64,000 bases of DNA from Anthoceros angustus. Taxonomy: Eukaryota > Plantae > Anthocerotophyta. A model generated the notes under the pieces. It was not told the origin of the DNA, ran no database searches, and saw only the letters and a list, made by a program, of their open reading frames with translations. The translations under genes were made by a program, and so were the position numbers. Positions within the stretch are counted from its first letter, which is position 1; each line of letters starts with the position of its first letter. The stretch lies in contig MU008172.1 of assembly GCA_010909165.1 (NCBI GenBank), positions 1,054,001-1,118,000 of the forward strand, given 5' to 3'. Of this stretch, positions 12,752-25,200 are shown piece after piece.

Positions 12752-12899
12752 AGCGGCGGAGTGTGTCCCAATGTCGCGCCATAACTTGGCGCCTAAGGTT
12801 GCCTTTTTTTGTATATGGAAACCCATGTTCATACGATGTTCCAACTCAAGTCGCATAAGAAGAAAATTCTATGAAGCCCCGAGTCATTATTCTCGACTC

Positions 12900-15800
12900 G
12901 CTCTCCCTCCACGCAGCGCGTAGGCACAAGCCGGCCTCTATTCTCCTTTGTGCTTGACATGGAATATGCATTGTGTAACTTGATGTGGCCATATGAAAGG
13001 TGTCAACTCCATCGCAACATATGTGCGGCCTTCCGGTGAACACGAGATCAAATCCACCGTAAGTTTCGCGAATGGATTGGGATCTCCCACTTGGATTACA
13101 CTCAAACCACTTGACCTTAAGGACCATTGGCTCGAATCCGCAAAGCACTCAATTATTTCCGCTACATTGCCATAGTATGTCCGCTGTACACCGTCTCCCA
13201 TGACATACTTTGTACAAACTCCGCTGTCTTGAGTGGCGCGACGGTCTTCGTCTGCTGCAAAGGTGCGTAGGTGGCTACCATTGCTCCACATGTGCCTATA
13301 AGTAGTCGCCGAAATAGAAGGCCCATCCATTATGGCCGCAACATCAGCAGTCATAAGTACAGATGACTCCCACCTTCCAGAATCCCTGCCAGCATGAACC
13401 CACGCGCGGAAAGATTGCTTCATCACCATCAACATCCATGACCTCTTCGTTGTAAAGCTGTAGGAAGGGGTCAAGAACCATCGTGTGTCTCAACACAAAA
13501 TTGTGGACCTGGTGGAGCTTCGACGTGGTGAACTTGTATGGCTTGCCCATTCCTAACGGTTCACCGTCGCGATCTTGGTCATCTTTCTCACCGTCAATAT
13601 GGGCTGTTTGCGGATGATGTCGCCGAAGGTAAGCCTTTGCAAACATGACAGCCTCCTCTCGAACATACCCTCCGCCATGCTTCCTCCGGTTTCTTTGCGT
13701 TGTCGGATGTCTTCCTTCCTCCTTCCTAGATATCTTTCAACCGGATACATCCATCGACATGAAAGGGGCCAAGAAGTGCGACCTCATCCACAAGATGAAT
13801 AATGAGGTGGGTGGAAATATCAAACAATTTAGGTGGGAATTCCCTCCAAGTCGACATGAGCAGGCCAAGAAGTGCGACCTCATCCACAAGATGAATAATG
13901 AGGTGGGTGGAAATATCAAACAATTTAGGTGGGAATTCCCTCTCCAAGTCGCACATGACTTTGATGCACTCTGCTTGCATTCTTCCCACCTCATGCCCTG
14001 TGATTCTCCGCTGGCATATCCACCGATAAAGTTTGCTCAACCCGGCCACCGCCTTGTACACATCTGGTTTAATTCTTCCCCTTAAAACAATTGGGAAGTA
14101 TATTTCCATTAGTACATGCCAATCGTGTGCTTTTAAACTCCCCACTTTGCCCGAAGCTAGCTTTTTGCGATGTTAGAAGCATATCCGTGGGTAGTTTGAT
14201 TGCTTGCATTTCCTTCATAACCTTCTCCAAGTCCGGACGATAACACATACGTCGGAGTATATTGGTCCCTATTGGCTCCACGAGGCCACAAGTCGTGCTT
14301 CCCACCGTATTCTTCCATGTCCAACCGGGATTTCAAGTCATCCTTTTCTCCTGTTAGAGTGTGCCGGATAGTCTCGCATTGTTTCTTTCAACGTGCATCA
14401 CATCCTTCGTGCCCACTTGCATATCCCTCCAATATGGTAAATATTTGAACCACGGCGACAAGCGACGGGTGCCGAACAACCCTCGCCATGCTTCCCTCGG
14501 TTTCTTTGCGTTGTCGGATGTCTTCCTTCCTCCTTCCTAGATATCTTTCAACCGGATACATCCATCGACATGAGCAAGAAGTGCGACCTCATCCACAAGA
14601 TGAATAATGAGGTGGGTGGAAATATCAAACAATTTAGGTGGGAATTCCTCTCCAAGTCACACATGACTTTGATGCGCTCTGCTTGCATTCTTCCCACCTC
14701 ATGCCTGATTCTCATTTGGCATATCCACCGATAAAGTTTGCTCAACCGCCACCGCCTTGTACATCTGGTTTAATTCTTCCCAAACAATTGGGAAGTATAT
14801 TTCCATTAGTACATGCCAATCGTGTGCTTTTAAACTCCCACTTTGCGAGCTAGCTTTTTGCGATGTTAGAAGCATATCCGGTGGGTAGTTTGATTGCTTG
14901 CATTTCCTTCATAACCTTCTCCAAGTCCGGACGATAACACATACGTCGTGGAGTATATTGGTCCCTATTGGCTCCACGAGGCCACAAGTCGTGCTTCCCA
15001 CCGTATTCTTCCATGTCCAACCGGGATTTCAAGTCATCCTTTTCTCCTGTTAGAGTGTGCCGGATAGTCTCGCATTGTTTCTTTCAACGTGCATCACATC
15101 CTTCGTGCCCACTTGCATATCCCTCCAATATGGTAAATATTTGAACCACGGCGACAAGCGACGGGTGCCGAACAACCCTCGCCATGCTTCCCTCGGTTTC
15201 TTTGCGTTGTCGGATGTCTTCCTTCCTCCTTCCTAGATATCTTTCAACCGGATACATCCATCCGACATGAGCAGGCCAAGAAGTGCGACCTCATCCACAA
15301 GATGAATAATGAGGTGGGTGGAAATATCAAACAATTTAGGTGGGAATTCCCTCCAAGTCGCACATGACTTTGATGCACTCGCTTGCATTCTTCCCACCTC
15401 ATGCCTGATTCTCATGGCATATCCACCGATAAAGTTTGCTCAACCCGCCATTTTGTACACATCTGGTTTAATTCTTCCCTTAAAACAATTGGGAAGTATA
15501 TTTCCATTAGTACATGCCAATCGTGTGCTTTTAAACTCCCACTTTGCGAAGCTAGCTTTTTGCGATGTTAGAAGCATATCCGGGTAGTTTGATTGCTTGC
15601 ATTTCCTTCATAACCTTCTCCAAGTCCGGAGCGATAACACATACGTCGGAGTATATTGGTCCCTATTGGCTCCACGAGGCCACAAGTCGTGCTTCCCACC
15701 GTATTCTTCCATGTCCAACCGGGATTTCAAGTCATCCTTTTCTCCTGTTAGAGTGTGCCAGATAGTCTCTGCATTGTTTCTTTCAACGTGCATCACATCC

Positions 15801-16640
15801 TTCTGTGCCCACTTTAGCATATCCCTCCAATATGGTAAATATTTGAACCACAGCGACAAGCGACGGGTGCCGAACAACCCTCGCTCCCTCAACTCCCTCG
15901 ATGTTGCTTTCTCCCTACGTTCCATGTCGGAGATGACCGTGGCATAAGTTGGTGCGTGTGGCCGTGAGCGCCTTTCCACTTCACCATTGTACATATTCGA
16001 ATGAAGGCGACGCATGGGGTGGTTGGGTGGCAGCCATCGGCGTACCCAGATATACCTCCTTTGAAGGTTCTGCGCCCATCGGGATCCCAATGCATCCCAA
16101 CATTCCATACATGCCCGCGACCCTTTCACCTGAAACCCCGACAATGTTCCTAAGCCCGGGTAATCAGCTATCGTGTGCAAAATAGCCGCACGCAAGCGGA
16201 ATTTCCGCTGCGGGCTGCCTTCCGGTTGTGAGAAGTCTTCCATTGGTATCCCAGTCCAAAGGTCACTCAACTCCTGCAATAGTGGCTCCATGTAGACATC
16301 GAAATTCGGGACAATGTGGGGCCCTGGCACTATAATTGGCATTATGATATTGAGACTTCAGACTCAACCATGGTGGCAAGTTGTGCACAACCAGAACACA
16401 GCCAAATGGAATGGGATGTAGACTTATGCCCAAAAGGATTAAACCCATCTGGCGAGCAAAACGAATATTTCGCGGTTCCAAGCCAAAACCGTCCAACCCA
16501 TCCGTAATTATGCACGTGTGTATCGCCATGATGCCCATGGAACCATCCACGCCCGCATTGTCACGCACGGTCATGAGCGCAAATTGCCTCTCGGCAAAAC
16601 ATACGAGTCACCCTAGACTTGGGAAAATGCCAGAGGACTG
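12900..16640 (-). pseudogene. TnpD: CACTA transposase TnpD/Tnp2, C-terminal part (Transposase_21, DUF4218, DUF4216)
   Basis: Motifs VLWHFP, EPRNIRF..DGFNPFG, NLPPWL, IVPGP..FDVYMEPLLQELSDLW, ADYPGLGTLSG, DVMHVERN, LKAHDWHVLM, FPPKLFDISTHLIIHL, WMYPVERYL, TQDSGV...YYGNVAEIIE. Many frameshifts. Confidence 0.95.
13672..15883. repeat. Tandem triplication (~700 bp) of the DUF4218-coding segment; the first copy also has a ~90-bp internal duplication
   Basis: CGCCATGCTTCC..CGGTTTCTTTGCGTTG starts units at ~13672, ~14483 and ~15180, and each ends GCCGAACAACCCTCG. The copies differ mainly by small indels. Confidence 0.9.
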
Positions 16641-17569
16641 TGAGCATGGTTAGGTGACCACTAATTTAAAGCAGCGAAACTGCCTCTATGGTGTTTTGCA
16701 TTACGCTCGATTTTAACAATTGAAATTATGCCCATTTTGACCGATATTTTTAGGGCTATTCGTTTTTAACTTCATAGATATATTTAAATTTTTTTATTTG
16801 GAAAATTGATTTATTTGATATATTATTGGTTTAAGTCTTGCTATATATGCTAGGGACAATTTATTATACAAACTCGTAAGTGACCGACGGGCAGGAAGCA
16901 GGAGGCGGAAACGAGCGGGATGCTCGTTGACTTTTTAAGGGTGATAATGAGGTTATCCACTTCCATCAGCCGTGCTCCTAATGTTGAGACTCACAAGCAT
17001 TGGATTTGTGCATGCATCACGCCGAATCGAGCTCAACCTTGGGCCGGTGAGGATTGTCGACCATGTGGAGTCCCTACATGGGTTTTGCTAGAGCTATGTC
17101 TGCGGGCAATAGGTGGTGTGGCGGTGATTGTCTTGGCAGGGTCGGAACCGTTCTTCTGGCCGGTTGGTAGCTCGGTGGTGCAGGCGGTGGCTTTGTCAGA
17201 GGCGTTTGGGTCGTCGGCCGTGCGGCGACCTTTTCGTGGGCGTGGAGGCGTTGTGGTGCGGCGAAGGCGGTGGTGCAGCGGCGAACTCCAGGCGCCACCC
17301 GAGGTTTTCCTGGTGAGTCCCTATATGTCTTACGCTAGAGCTTTCGTCGCGGAATAGTAGGTGTGACGGCGGATCGGCGCAGAACCGCTTGGAGTCGAAT
17401 CGTTTCTACGGCCGGATTTGGGAGCTCGGTGGTGCAGGCAATAGGCGGTGGGTTTGTGCGAAGGCGTTTGGGTTCGCCCGGCCGTGCGGCGATCCGCCTT
17501 CACACGAGGCGTGCGGCCAAGCGAGTGAGTGCGCGCGACAAGCGCCGGTGAGGTGAAGGACACCATGTC

Positions 17570-18700
17570 ACTAGCAGTAGGGTGAAGGCTCGGCGTGTGG
17601 CGGAGCGGCGGCGATACTTCCGTGGTGTGTCAAGCGCCTCTGTGCAAGCAAGATGGACAGAACGCTAGGCGCCACCAAGGCTAGGTTGGATAGAGCTGCA
17701 AAGGTGTCTGCGGCTCTGCAAGGACACGACATTCTGAAAAATTCAGGGGGGAGCATTGGTGTTGGCACTACGGTGATATGGAATTGTCAACTACGGTGTG
17801 AATGTGAGATGTCTTTGAACTACAGTTGGACTAAAGGAGGCTATTGGAGGTGAAGATGAGATCAAGAGGCATTTTGGGGATGTCACTAATGGGAGCGATG
17901 GATACCTCTTGGGGATGGATCACTCCCTCGACATAGAGTGGACGATGTTGATAGTCTTGTTGAGAAGTCAGATGGGCGGGCTCCACGGTCACAGATCATA
18001 AAGGGTGCCAGTTTGTGGCACTTGGGTTCCTAATCGAGAAGAAGCTTGGCAAGCGTGTGAATTGGTTTGAGTACTATTTAGAGAAGAGGAAGCAGGATAA
18101 GGCAGATGCGATGGAGAAGAAATCACAGGTTGTGGAAGTCCCATCTGCAGAGAATACAAACGATTCTTCACAGCCTGTTGTGGTGGCAGGTGATGATGCA
18201 GGAGCGGAGGTTGATGTGGAAGAGTGTTCCACTCTGCGGAGCCGAGAAGCCCACAGGCGATCCTCCCAAAGAATCTGGAGCTCTCCAGAGTTGGGAAGAG
18301 GGAAGCACAGAAGGCCATGAAGAAGGACGGACCTCCGGCTGCAAAGAATGTAGAAGAGGAGGCCGGCAAGAAGGGAGACGAGGAGTCTCCAATTCGATTG
18401 CTGGCGGCGAGAAAAGTGACACTGGCCAGCTCGTGTCTTGAGCCATGGGCACCAAAGGTTGTCATGGATGAGGTCTGGAAAAATTCGTGCAGAGTTGGAA
18501 GCTTGTCTGCGGAGGAGGCTGTTGTCAAAAGATGGGGAGGAGGCACTCTTGGATTTGGGCAACACCAAGGTCCAGCTTGCCGACATGGTCATGAATAGTG
18601 GAGGGCTTGAGAGTATTCAGACTCAGACAAAGATTCAAATTGCTTGACAAAACTAAATATTCCGAGGTGTTTCAGCTTGAAGGAGAAAACTGAGGAACAA
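17570..18700 (+). pseudogene. Fragmented ORF, probably a transposon accessory protein
   Basis: Pieces EIKRHFGDVTNGSDGYLL and ALGFLIEKKLGKRVNWFEYYLEKRKQDK followed by a charged low-complexity region. No firm family assignment. Confidence 0.35.
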
Positions 18701-18762
18701 GCTCCGGACACGGCTTCTTGAAAACATGAGGATGTTCTCCAGCTGCTCAACACCGGGCACAA

Positions 18763-19225
18763 CATGGATCACTGCGTGGGTGTCGGCTCCCCGCCTCCCG
18801 CCAAGTCATGCCCCTCGCAGTGTGTGTGTACGTGAAGGGTGGATTCTTCTTGCACACGGACGAGGTGTCCGACCGATGTTTTCCTTATGGTGATGTGCCA
18901 GGTGGTGGGGTGCCCCGTGACGCTCACGGATGGTGAGGTGGTGGTAGGGGTGCTCAAGGGGTGGTGACTCATGTGTTCTCCGGTAGCGTTCACGGTGGGC
19001 GAACATGGATCACTGCGTGGGTGTCGGCTCGCCTCTCCCGCCAAGTCATGCCCCGTCATGGCGTGAGTGTTTGTCTGTGATAAGTGTGGATTCTTCTTGC
19101 ACAGGACGAGGTGTCCGTGATGTTTTCCTTATGGTGATGTCTTGCAGGTTGGGTGCTCTGGTGACGTTCACGGGATGGTGAGGTGGTGGTAGGGGTGCTC
19201 AAGGGGTGGTGACTCATGTGTTCTG
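18763..19225. repeat. ~240-bp tandem duplication within a GT-rich region
   Basis: ACATGGATCACTGCGTGGGTGTCGGCTC occurs at ~18763 and ~19003. Confidence 0.85.
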
Positions 19226-20353
19226 GTGGAAGGGTGGGTGATCACTTGACGGATGGTGAGGAATTGGTCTGTGTGTTCATCTGGGTGTCCCGTGAGCTTT
19301 TGGTGGCCTTGGTGATGTAGTGCATGGCTTGTGTGCAGTTATGGCCTTCGCATCGTAGGGGTAGGTCGGTGGGCAGGTGGTGGCATTCGTGATGTAGTGG
19401 TAGGTTGGTGGGCGTGTGGTGGCCGGTGATGTCATGGTTTCGTGGATGGGTTCGGACTTGGTGATGTAGTGGTGGGGTGGCAGAGGTGGCCTTGGCACCA
19501 CCTAGTCATGTGGTGCCAAGGCCAAGGTGATCCCTTTCTCACGCAACGGTGGTTTTCCTTCAAAGCCGCAAGCTCGTGTGTCCTAAAGTGTAATGTGTGT
19601 CATGGCGGTGGTACGCCTGTAACGAGATGGTGTTCACTCCATGTGGCCATTGCTTCCACGATATCTCGTCAGATCGTGCACTTGACAAACATTGTTGCCC
19701 ACGTCCTGTGGTGCAATGCCGATGTGCCCTGCATCATGGTTGAGAGCGAAGGGTTGGTGATCAAAGCACCGAGGAGAAGCTCCTTCCATGGGAGCAGGAC
19801 CAGCGAGACACTTGGGAGAAAGAGTTCCTCGAGTGCATTGGAGACCCATGACCATGACACACGATGGAAAGACATTGAGTCACAATCACCAAGAAGAATT
19901 GGTTGGCCACACCCAAAGAAAAAATCTTGAGTCTCCAATATGTATGTTCCACAGTTCTCCAGTGTTTGTTGTCTTGTCCATTTTCAGAAGTCTCGACTAA
20001 ATTTTGTCATACATGATCTCGAACTCGGGTCCAGGTGCAATTATGCCAACTGACGATGTCAACGTATTTCTCCGCCGTGTAGCTGATGAATTTGCCGCAA
20101 AGGGAGGCACATGAAGCCTACGTGAATTCCTTCGCAGACCCCAATGCCCGGAGGAAAAGCCTCGTGTTGTTCGCGCATGTTTGGGCAGCGATTACTGTGC
20201 TGTGGTGCTAGACTCACAAATTGAAGATGACGTTGTCCCCACGCAGTCCACACGAGCAGCCCTCCGCCTCGGACATAGCTCCTACTCCACCAAGGCCGCC
20301 AGACACAAGGTCCCCACAGGGTTGAAGTTGGTGAGGAATGCAGCCAAGTTGGC

Positions 20354-22240
20354 ATGTGCGTGTTCCTCCGAAGGACATCGTGTGGGTTTGTGAGGGCATT
20401 GCTTTGTTGAAACTAGATATTGTTCTACACTTTGAGTACATGTTTGTCCGTTCGCAGGATGACCAGGCCACGACAAGCTACAACGGTGCGCCTACCGCTC
20501 TCGTTGGTCACGGGTGTATTGTGCCTTATTGCTGCATAACGGTGCCTTCCATGGTATTGTGAGTGGAGGTGTGGATGTAGGTGATGAAATGGTTGTGGTG
20601 TCCGAGTCTTGTGAATCAAGTGATAACTTGGAGGTGGCCGCAATTGAATGTGTTGATAAATGTGACGAATCGCGAGGAGTCGTGGTGTTCTACCTGACCA
20701 ATATCTTGGATCATGTGGCAAGTGACTCGGACCAAGTGTCCATTTGGCATTGACGACAACCGGTGATGTCCACCGCTTGCAGCTGTGGTGTGGTGGCGGT
20801 GGAGATCCGTATGAGGGTGGCGCAGTTGGATACCGTGATGATTGGTGCCAATCAAGTTATAGCGAGATAGGGTTGTTGCGGATGGCGCCTCAATCAGCGA
20901 ACATCAAAAACTTTTGGAGCATCCCGGCGATGTGGAGGCGGTGGCACCGACCGAACATACTTGCAACCGTGAATCAATGTCCGTGCTCTTCACCACCTTG
21001 GTCGACGTGACGGTGTTCTTGCAAGTGGTGGTGGGCCCATCATGCCCAATGAAGAAGGTGGGCTGAATGAAATGGTGACTTTTGAAATGGTTGACGAGTT
21101 CGCAGTAACGTGGGCGAATCAAAACCAATGAAGGAAAGGAGAGCATGCATGGAGTCCCAGAGACGCCACCTCCTCGGCCAAGTTAGCCGTGAGGATAAAA
21201 AGGAAGAATGGAAACAGCCCCAAAAGAAACATCCGTGGAAGCACAAGGGTGCTCAATGGTCACCAGAGAATGTGGATGAAGTGCCCGCCCCACCCATGCC
21301 TCAAGGTCTTATGATGTGCGTGTTCCTCTGAAGGACATCGGTGTGGGTTTGTGAGGGCATTGCTTTGTTGAAACTAGATCTGTTGTCTACACTTTGAGTA
21401 CATGTTTGTCCGCTGCAGGATGACCAGCCTGCTACAAGTGGCCGCGCCCTCACTCGTTGGTCACGGGTGTATTGTCTCTTATTGCACGGACAACGGTGCC
21501 TTCCTTGGTATTCAGTGGAGGTGTGGATGTAGGTGATGAAATGGTTGTGGTGTCCGAGTCTTGTGAATCAGTGATAACTTGGAGGTGGCCGCAATTGAAT
21601 GTGTTGATAAATGTGACGAATCGGCAGTGGTGTTCTACCTGACCAATATCTTGGATCATGTGGCAAGTGGACGGACCGTGTCCATTTGGCATTGACGACA
21701 ATGATGTCCGGCCGCTTGGTAGCGGTGTGGTGGTGGAGATCGATGAGGGTGGCGCGGTGGATACATGATTGGTGCCAATCAAGTTATAGCGAGATAGGGT
21801 TGTTGCGGATGGCGCCTCAATCAGCGAACATCAAAAACTTTTGGAGCATCCCGGCGATGTGGAGGCGGTGCAATCTTGATCCGGAACATACTTGCAACCG
21901 TGAATCAATGTCCGTGCTCTTCACCGGCTTGGTCGACGTGGTGTTCTTGCAAGTGGTGGTGGGCCCATCATGCCCAATGAAGAAGGTGGGCCTGCGAATG
22001 AAATGGTGACTTTTGAAATGGTTGACGAGTTCGCACCGTGGCGAATCGAAAAAACCAATGAAGGAAAGGAGAGGCGACATGACGGAGTCCAGAGACGCCA
22101 CCTCCTCGGCCAAGTTCAGCGGAGGAAAAGGAAGAATGGAAACAGCCCCAAAAGAAACATCCGTGGAAGCACAAGGGTGCTCAATGGTCACCAGAGAATG
22201 TGGATGAAGTGCCCGCCCCACCCATGCCTCAAGGTCTTAT
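20354..22240. repeat. ~950-bp tandem duplication of an unidentified coding-like segment
   Basis: ATGTGCGTGTTCCTC.GAAGGACATCG starts at ~20354 and ~21314, and both copies end CCCATGCCTCAAGGTCTTATGA. Confidence 0.9.
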
Positions 22241-22280
22241 GACGAGTGCGGACACGGTGCAAGGTAGTAACTTTATAACG

Positions 22281-25200
22281 TGTGTCGTAGCATGACTTTG
22301 CGCCGATGACATCATAAGGCGCGCATAACTCCCGCAAGGTCGTCGCTAGGAAGAAGTCCGCTCCAAGGGAATGATAGGCCCTTTACCGCTTCGTGTGATT
22401 CCCACCGCACTTAGCGCCTGCTCACCTCAACACACATACTCCTAACTACTCACAACGTTTCACCGTGTGTGATGGCTAAACGCTTAAGGACCTGTCACGT
22501 CCAGATCGCTCACATCCGCCACCACACATCCGCCTTTCCTCTCTCCCCTCACGCTACACTCCCTTTTAGAAAGACGCTGGTTACATGCCCTCCGCTGCTG
22601 CTGGCCTCTCCGTCTGACGCCTCCCGAGTTCCTCCGCCACACGCCCATTGCCTGGCCGCCGGGTCGGGACGAGCACGGTCACCACACCCTTCCCCGCACA
22701 CACCACAACACGTTAGGTCCGCTACCGTGACCGATCAATCTCCCGAGCCGCGGCTCGCCGGACTCAGACTCACGTTAGCAAGAAGACACACAAAGGTCCG
22801 CAAGAACGCGCATCAACACCAAGAGAAAGATGATTTATTGGCGGCCTTAGCCCTCTTATACTACGCCAAGGTCGGCGCCTTTATTACACCTCTATTCTCG
22901 AAATGAGGCCACCAGGCCCCTAACCACCGCCTACTACCCCCGCCTATTCCGCCTATCGCCTGGGGTGGGGCTGGATGGCCTCATTCCTTCTTGGCACCGG
23001 CGGCCCAAAGCCGAGCCTGGCCGGCGCACCCAATCGGATGATCCGCGAGGCGGACCCTTCCTCTTCCCGAGGGTCTGCCAGTCGCCACCGGCGGCTCGAC
23101 AACGGCGCCACCACCAAGTCCTCCTCGCCTCCCTCTTCTCTCTCGGCGGCCCCCGCAGGGGCCTCCAAGGGTTGGATCACTGGGTTGGATCGTGGCTCTC
23201 CCCACTCCCGAGTTTGGACCTCGGGACTGCTCGACTCGAGTCCGGACCTCTAGGTCCGGTCCTCCGGGTCCGGCCTCGCCCTTCCTCCGGGTCCGGACCT
23301 CGTGGTCCGGACCTCTAGGTCCGGCCTCGACCCAACCTTCCTCGGGTCCGGACCTCGTGGTCCGGACTCACCAGAGTCCGGATCCCTAAGTCCAGATTTC
23401 TGGGCCGGACTGGATCCCCGAGTCCGGACAAAGTCCGACCTCGTGCCCCGGCATGCCTCCTCACGGCTAGCCACGGGTTCATCCACGAGCCTCCTTGGTT
23501 CCCGAATGCCCGGTTGCACCTTTCCCTTCTCAAGATCCTCCTCGTCCTTCCATGCGAGGGTGCCGAGGGCTTACCTCCTGTGGCGCCCTTCCTCCTCCCT
23601 CGTCCTCCCTCTCCGCCTCCTCCTCCGCTGCTGGCTCAAACACTCCTAGGACTCCTGCTGCCAGGCCCCGGTCCGCCCCTCCTCGCCTCCTCCTTCCGTC
23701 CTTCCGAAGTCCACCTCCGCCTAGGGTGGCGCAGGACCTCCAGAGCCTTGAGGAGCTCATGGTAGTAGGCGGTCGGAATCGACTTGTCAATCGCCTCCTC
23801 CACATGAGCCCGAGCAGATTCTCCTCCAAGGTGCTCCAGAATCGAGCAGATCACCGGGCTCGCCTCGGGCTGCTTACCACTGAGGCGGGCGGACTCCCTT
23901 GAGGCCGCCAAGGCGCCTCTACCTTTTGCAACCTTCGCGGCTCTCCTCCTCCTTGTTGCTCCCGCCATTATGGGGCCATGGAGCCGAGCTCTTCCTTCCC
24001 TCGCAACCGGACGAGCAAGTACCTTTCCTCCAAGGCTTTCCTCCCTCTTCGCTCTATTCTTTCCCGAGGTCCTCCACTTCCTTCTCCAGCGGGCCGGTAT
24101 CCCGTCCGACTCTCGGCTTCCGCCACGCCCCGCCGCAACCTTGCGACGCCGAACTCCTTGCACCGCCGCTCTCCTCCGTCAAGCGAGCCGGAGGCGCCCA
24201 CCTCGTCAAGTCTTGGATTCTCGCTGAGAACCCCGCCGCCTGATGCATCTTGAGTTGCAACCCAAGGTGTCCTTGTTGTCCTCCAGCCTCCGCCCGCCTT
24301 CTACCTCCTGCACTGCACTCGAGGTCCCCAATCTCCCGGCCGGCCTCCTCCTCCTCACTGCGGCTTGCTCCGGCCACTTGCTCGGCCTTGCCCGCCTCCG
24401 CCTCCACCGGCCCGATCACGCCGATAGTGATCGCGATCGGCCGCCGCGGGCCTCCGCCTCCTTGGCCACCTTCACCGAGCCTCCACTTGGCTCGTCCACG
24501 GCCGCCTCTCACGGTTCGATCACGCCGATAGTGATCGCGATCGCCGTGGCCTCCGCCTCCTTGGCCACCTTCACTGAGCCTCTCGGCTTGGCTCTGGTCG
24601 GTCAGGCTCCCGCGAGATCCGCGCCCGTTCCTTCGGGCGTCCTCGCTTCTGCGCTCGCCCCTCACTGCGGTCCTCCGCCCGCTTGGGCCTCCTTGGCCAC
24701 CTTCACTGAGCCTCTCGGCCGCCTCCACCGGGAATTTGGTCCGGCCCCTGGATGGACCAGACCTCCTCCGCCTCCTTCCTCAATCCGCCGAGAGCCCTTC
24801 CTTCTCGCCTCCGGGCTCCTCCAACCGCCTCGGAGGAGCACCATGCGCCCGGTGGCTTCCACCTCCGGGCCTTCTCGGCCATCCCAAGATGCACTGCAGC
24901 ATACCATGACGGTAGCTGACCCGCCGTGTTTCCTCCACGGCCGTGAGGCTCCCACAAAGTCCGAGGAGCTGCATCTCACGGTCCGTCAAGGACCTCCATA
25001 CCGCAGCCCGAGCAAGTCCGGACCGGGTTCTCGACCCAATCAGACCCTTAGGTCCTGGAGCTCCGAGCTTCCCTCCTTGGCCCTTTTGGTCATGAGCTCC
25101 TTCTCCGCCTTTTCTCTCCTGGGCTCGGAGGTGATGGAGTCCGGAGCACGCCTTTGCCCCTTCCTGCGGGCGATGGACTGCTCGATGCGCTGTCCTCCGC

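Noticed and set aside
22260-22345. TSD and exact left end of element 1
   Set aside because: The terminus aligns only loosely with 32062-32125, and the right-flank 5-mer TGCCG is not found next to it.
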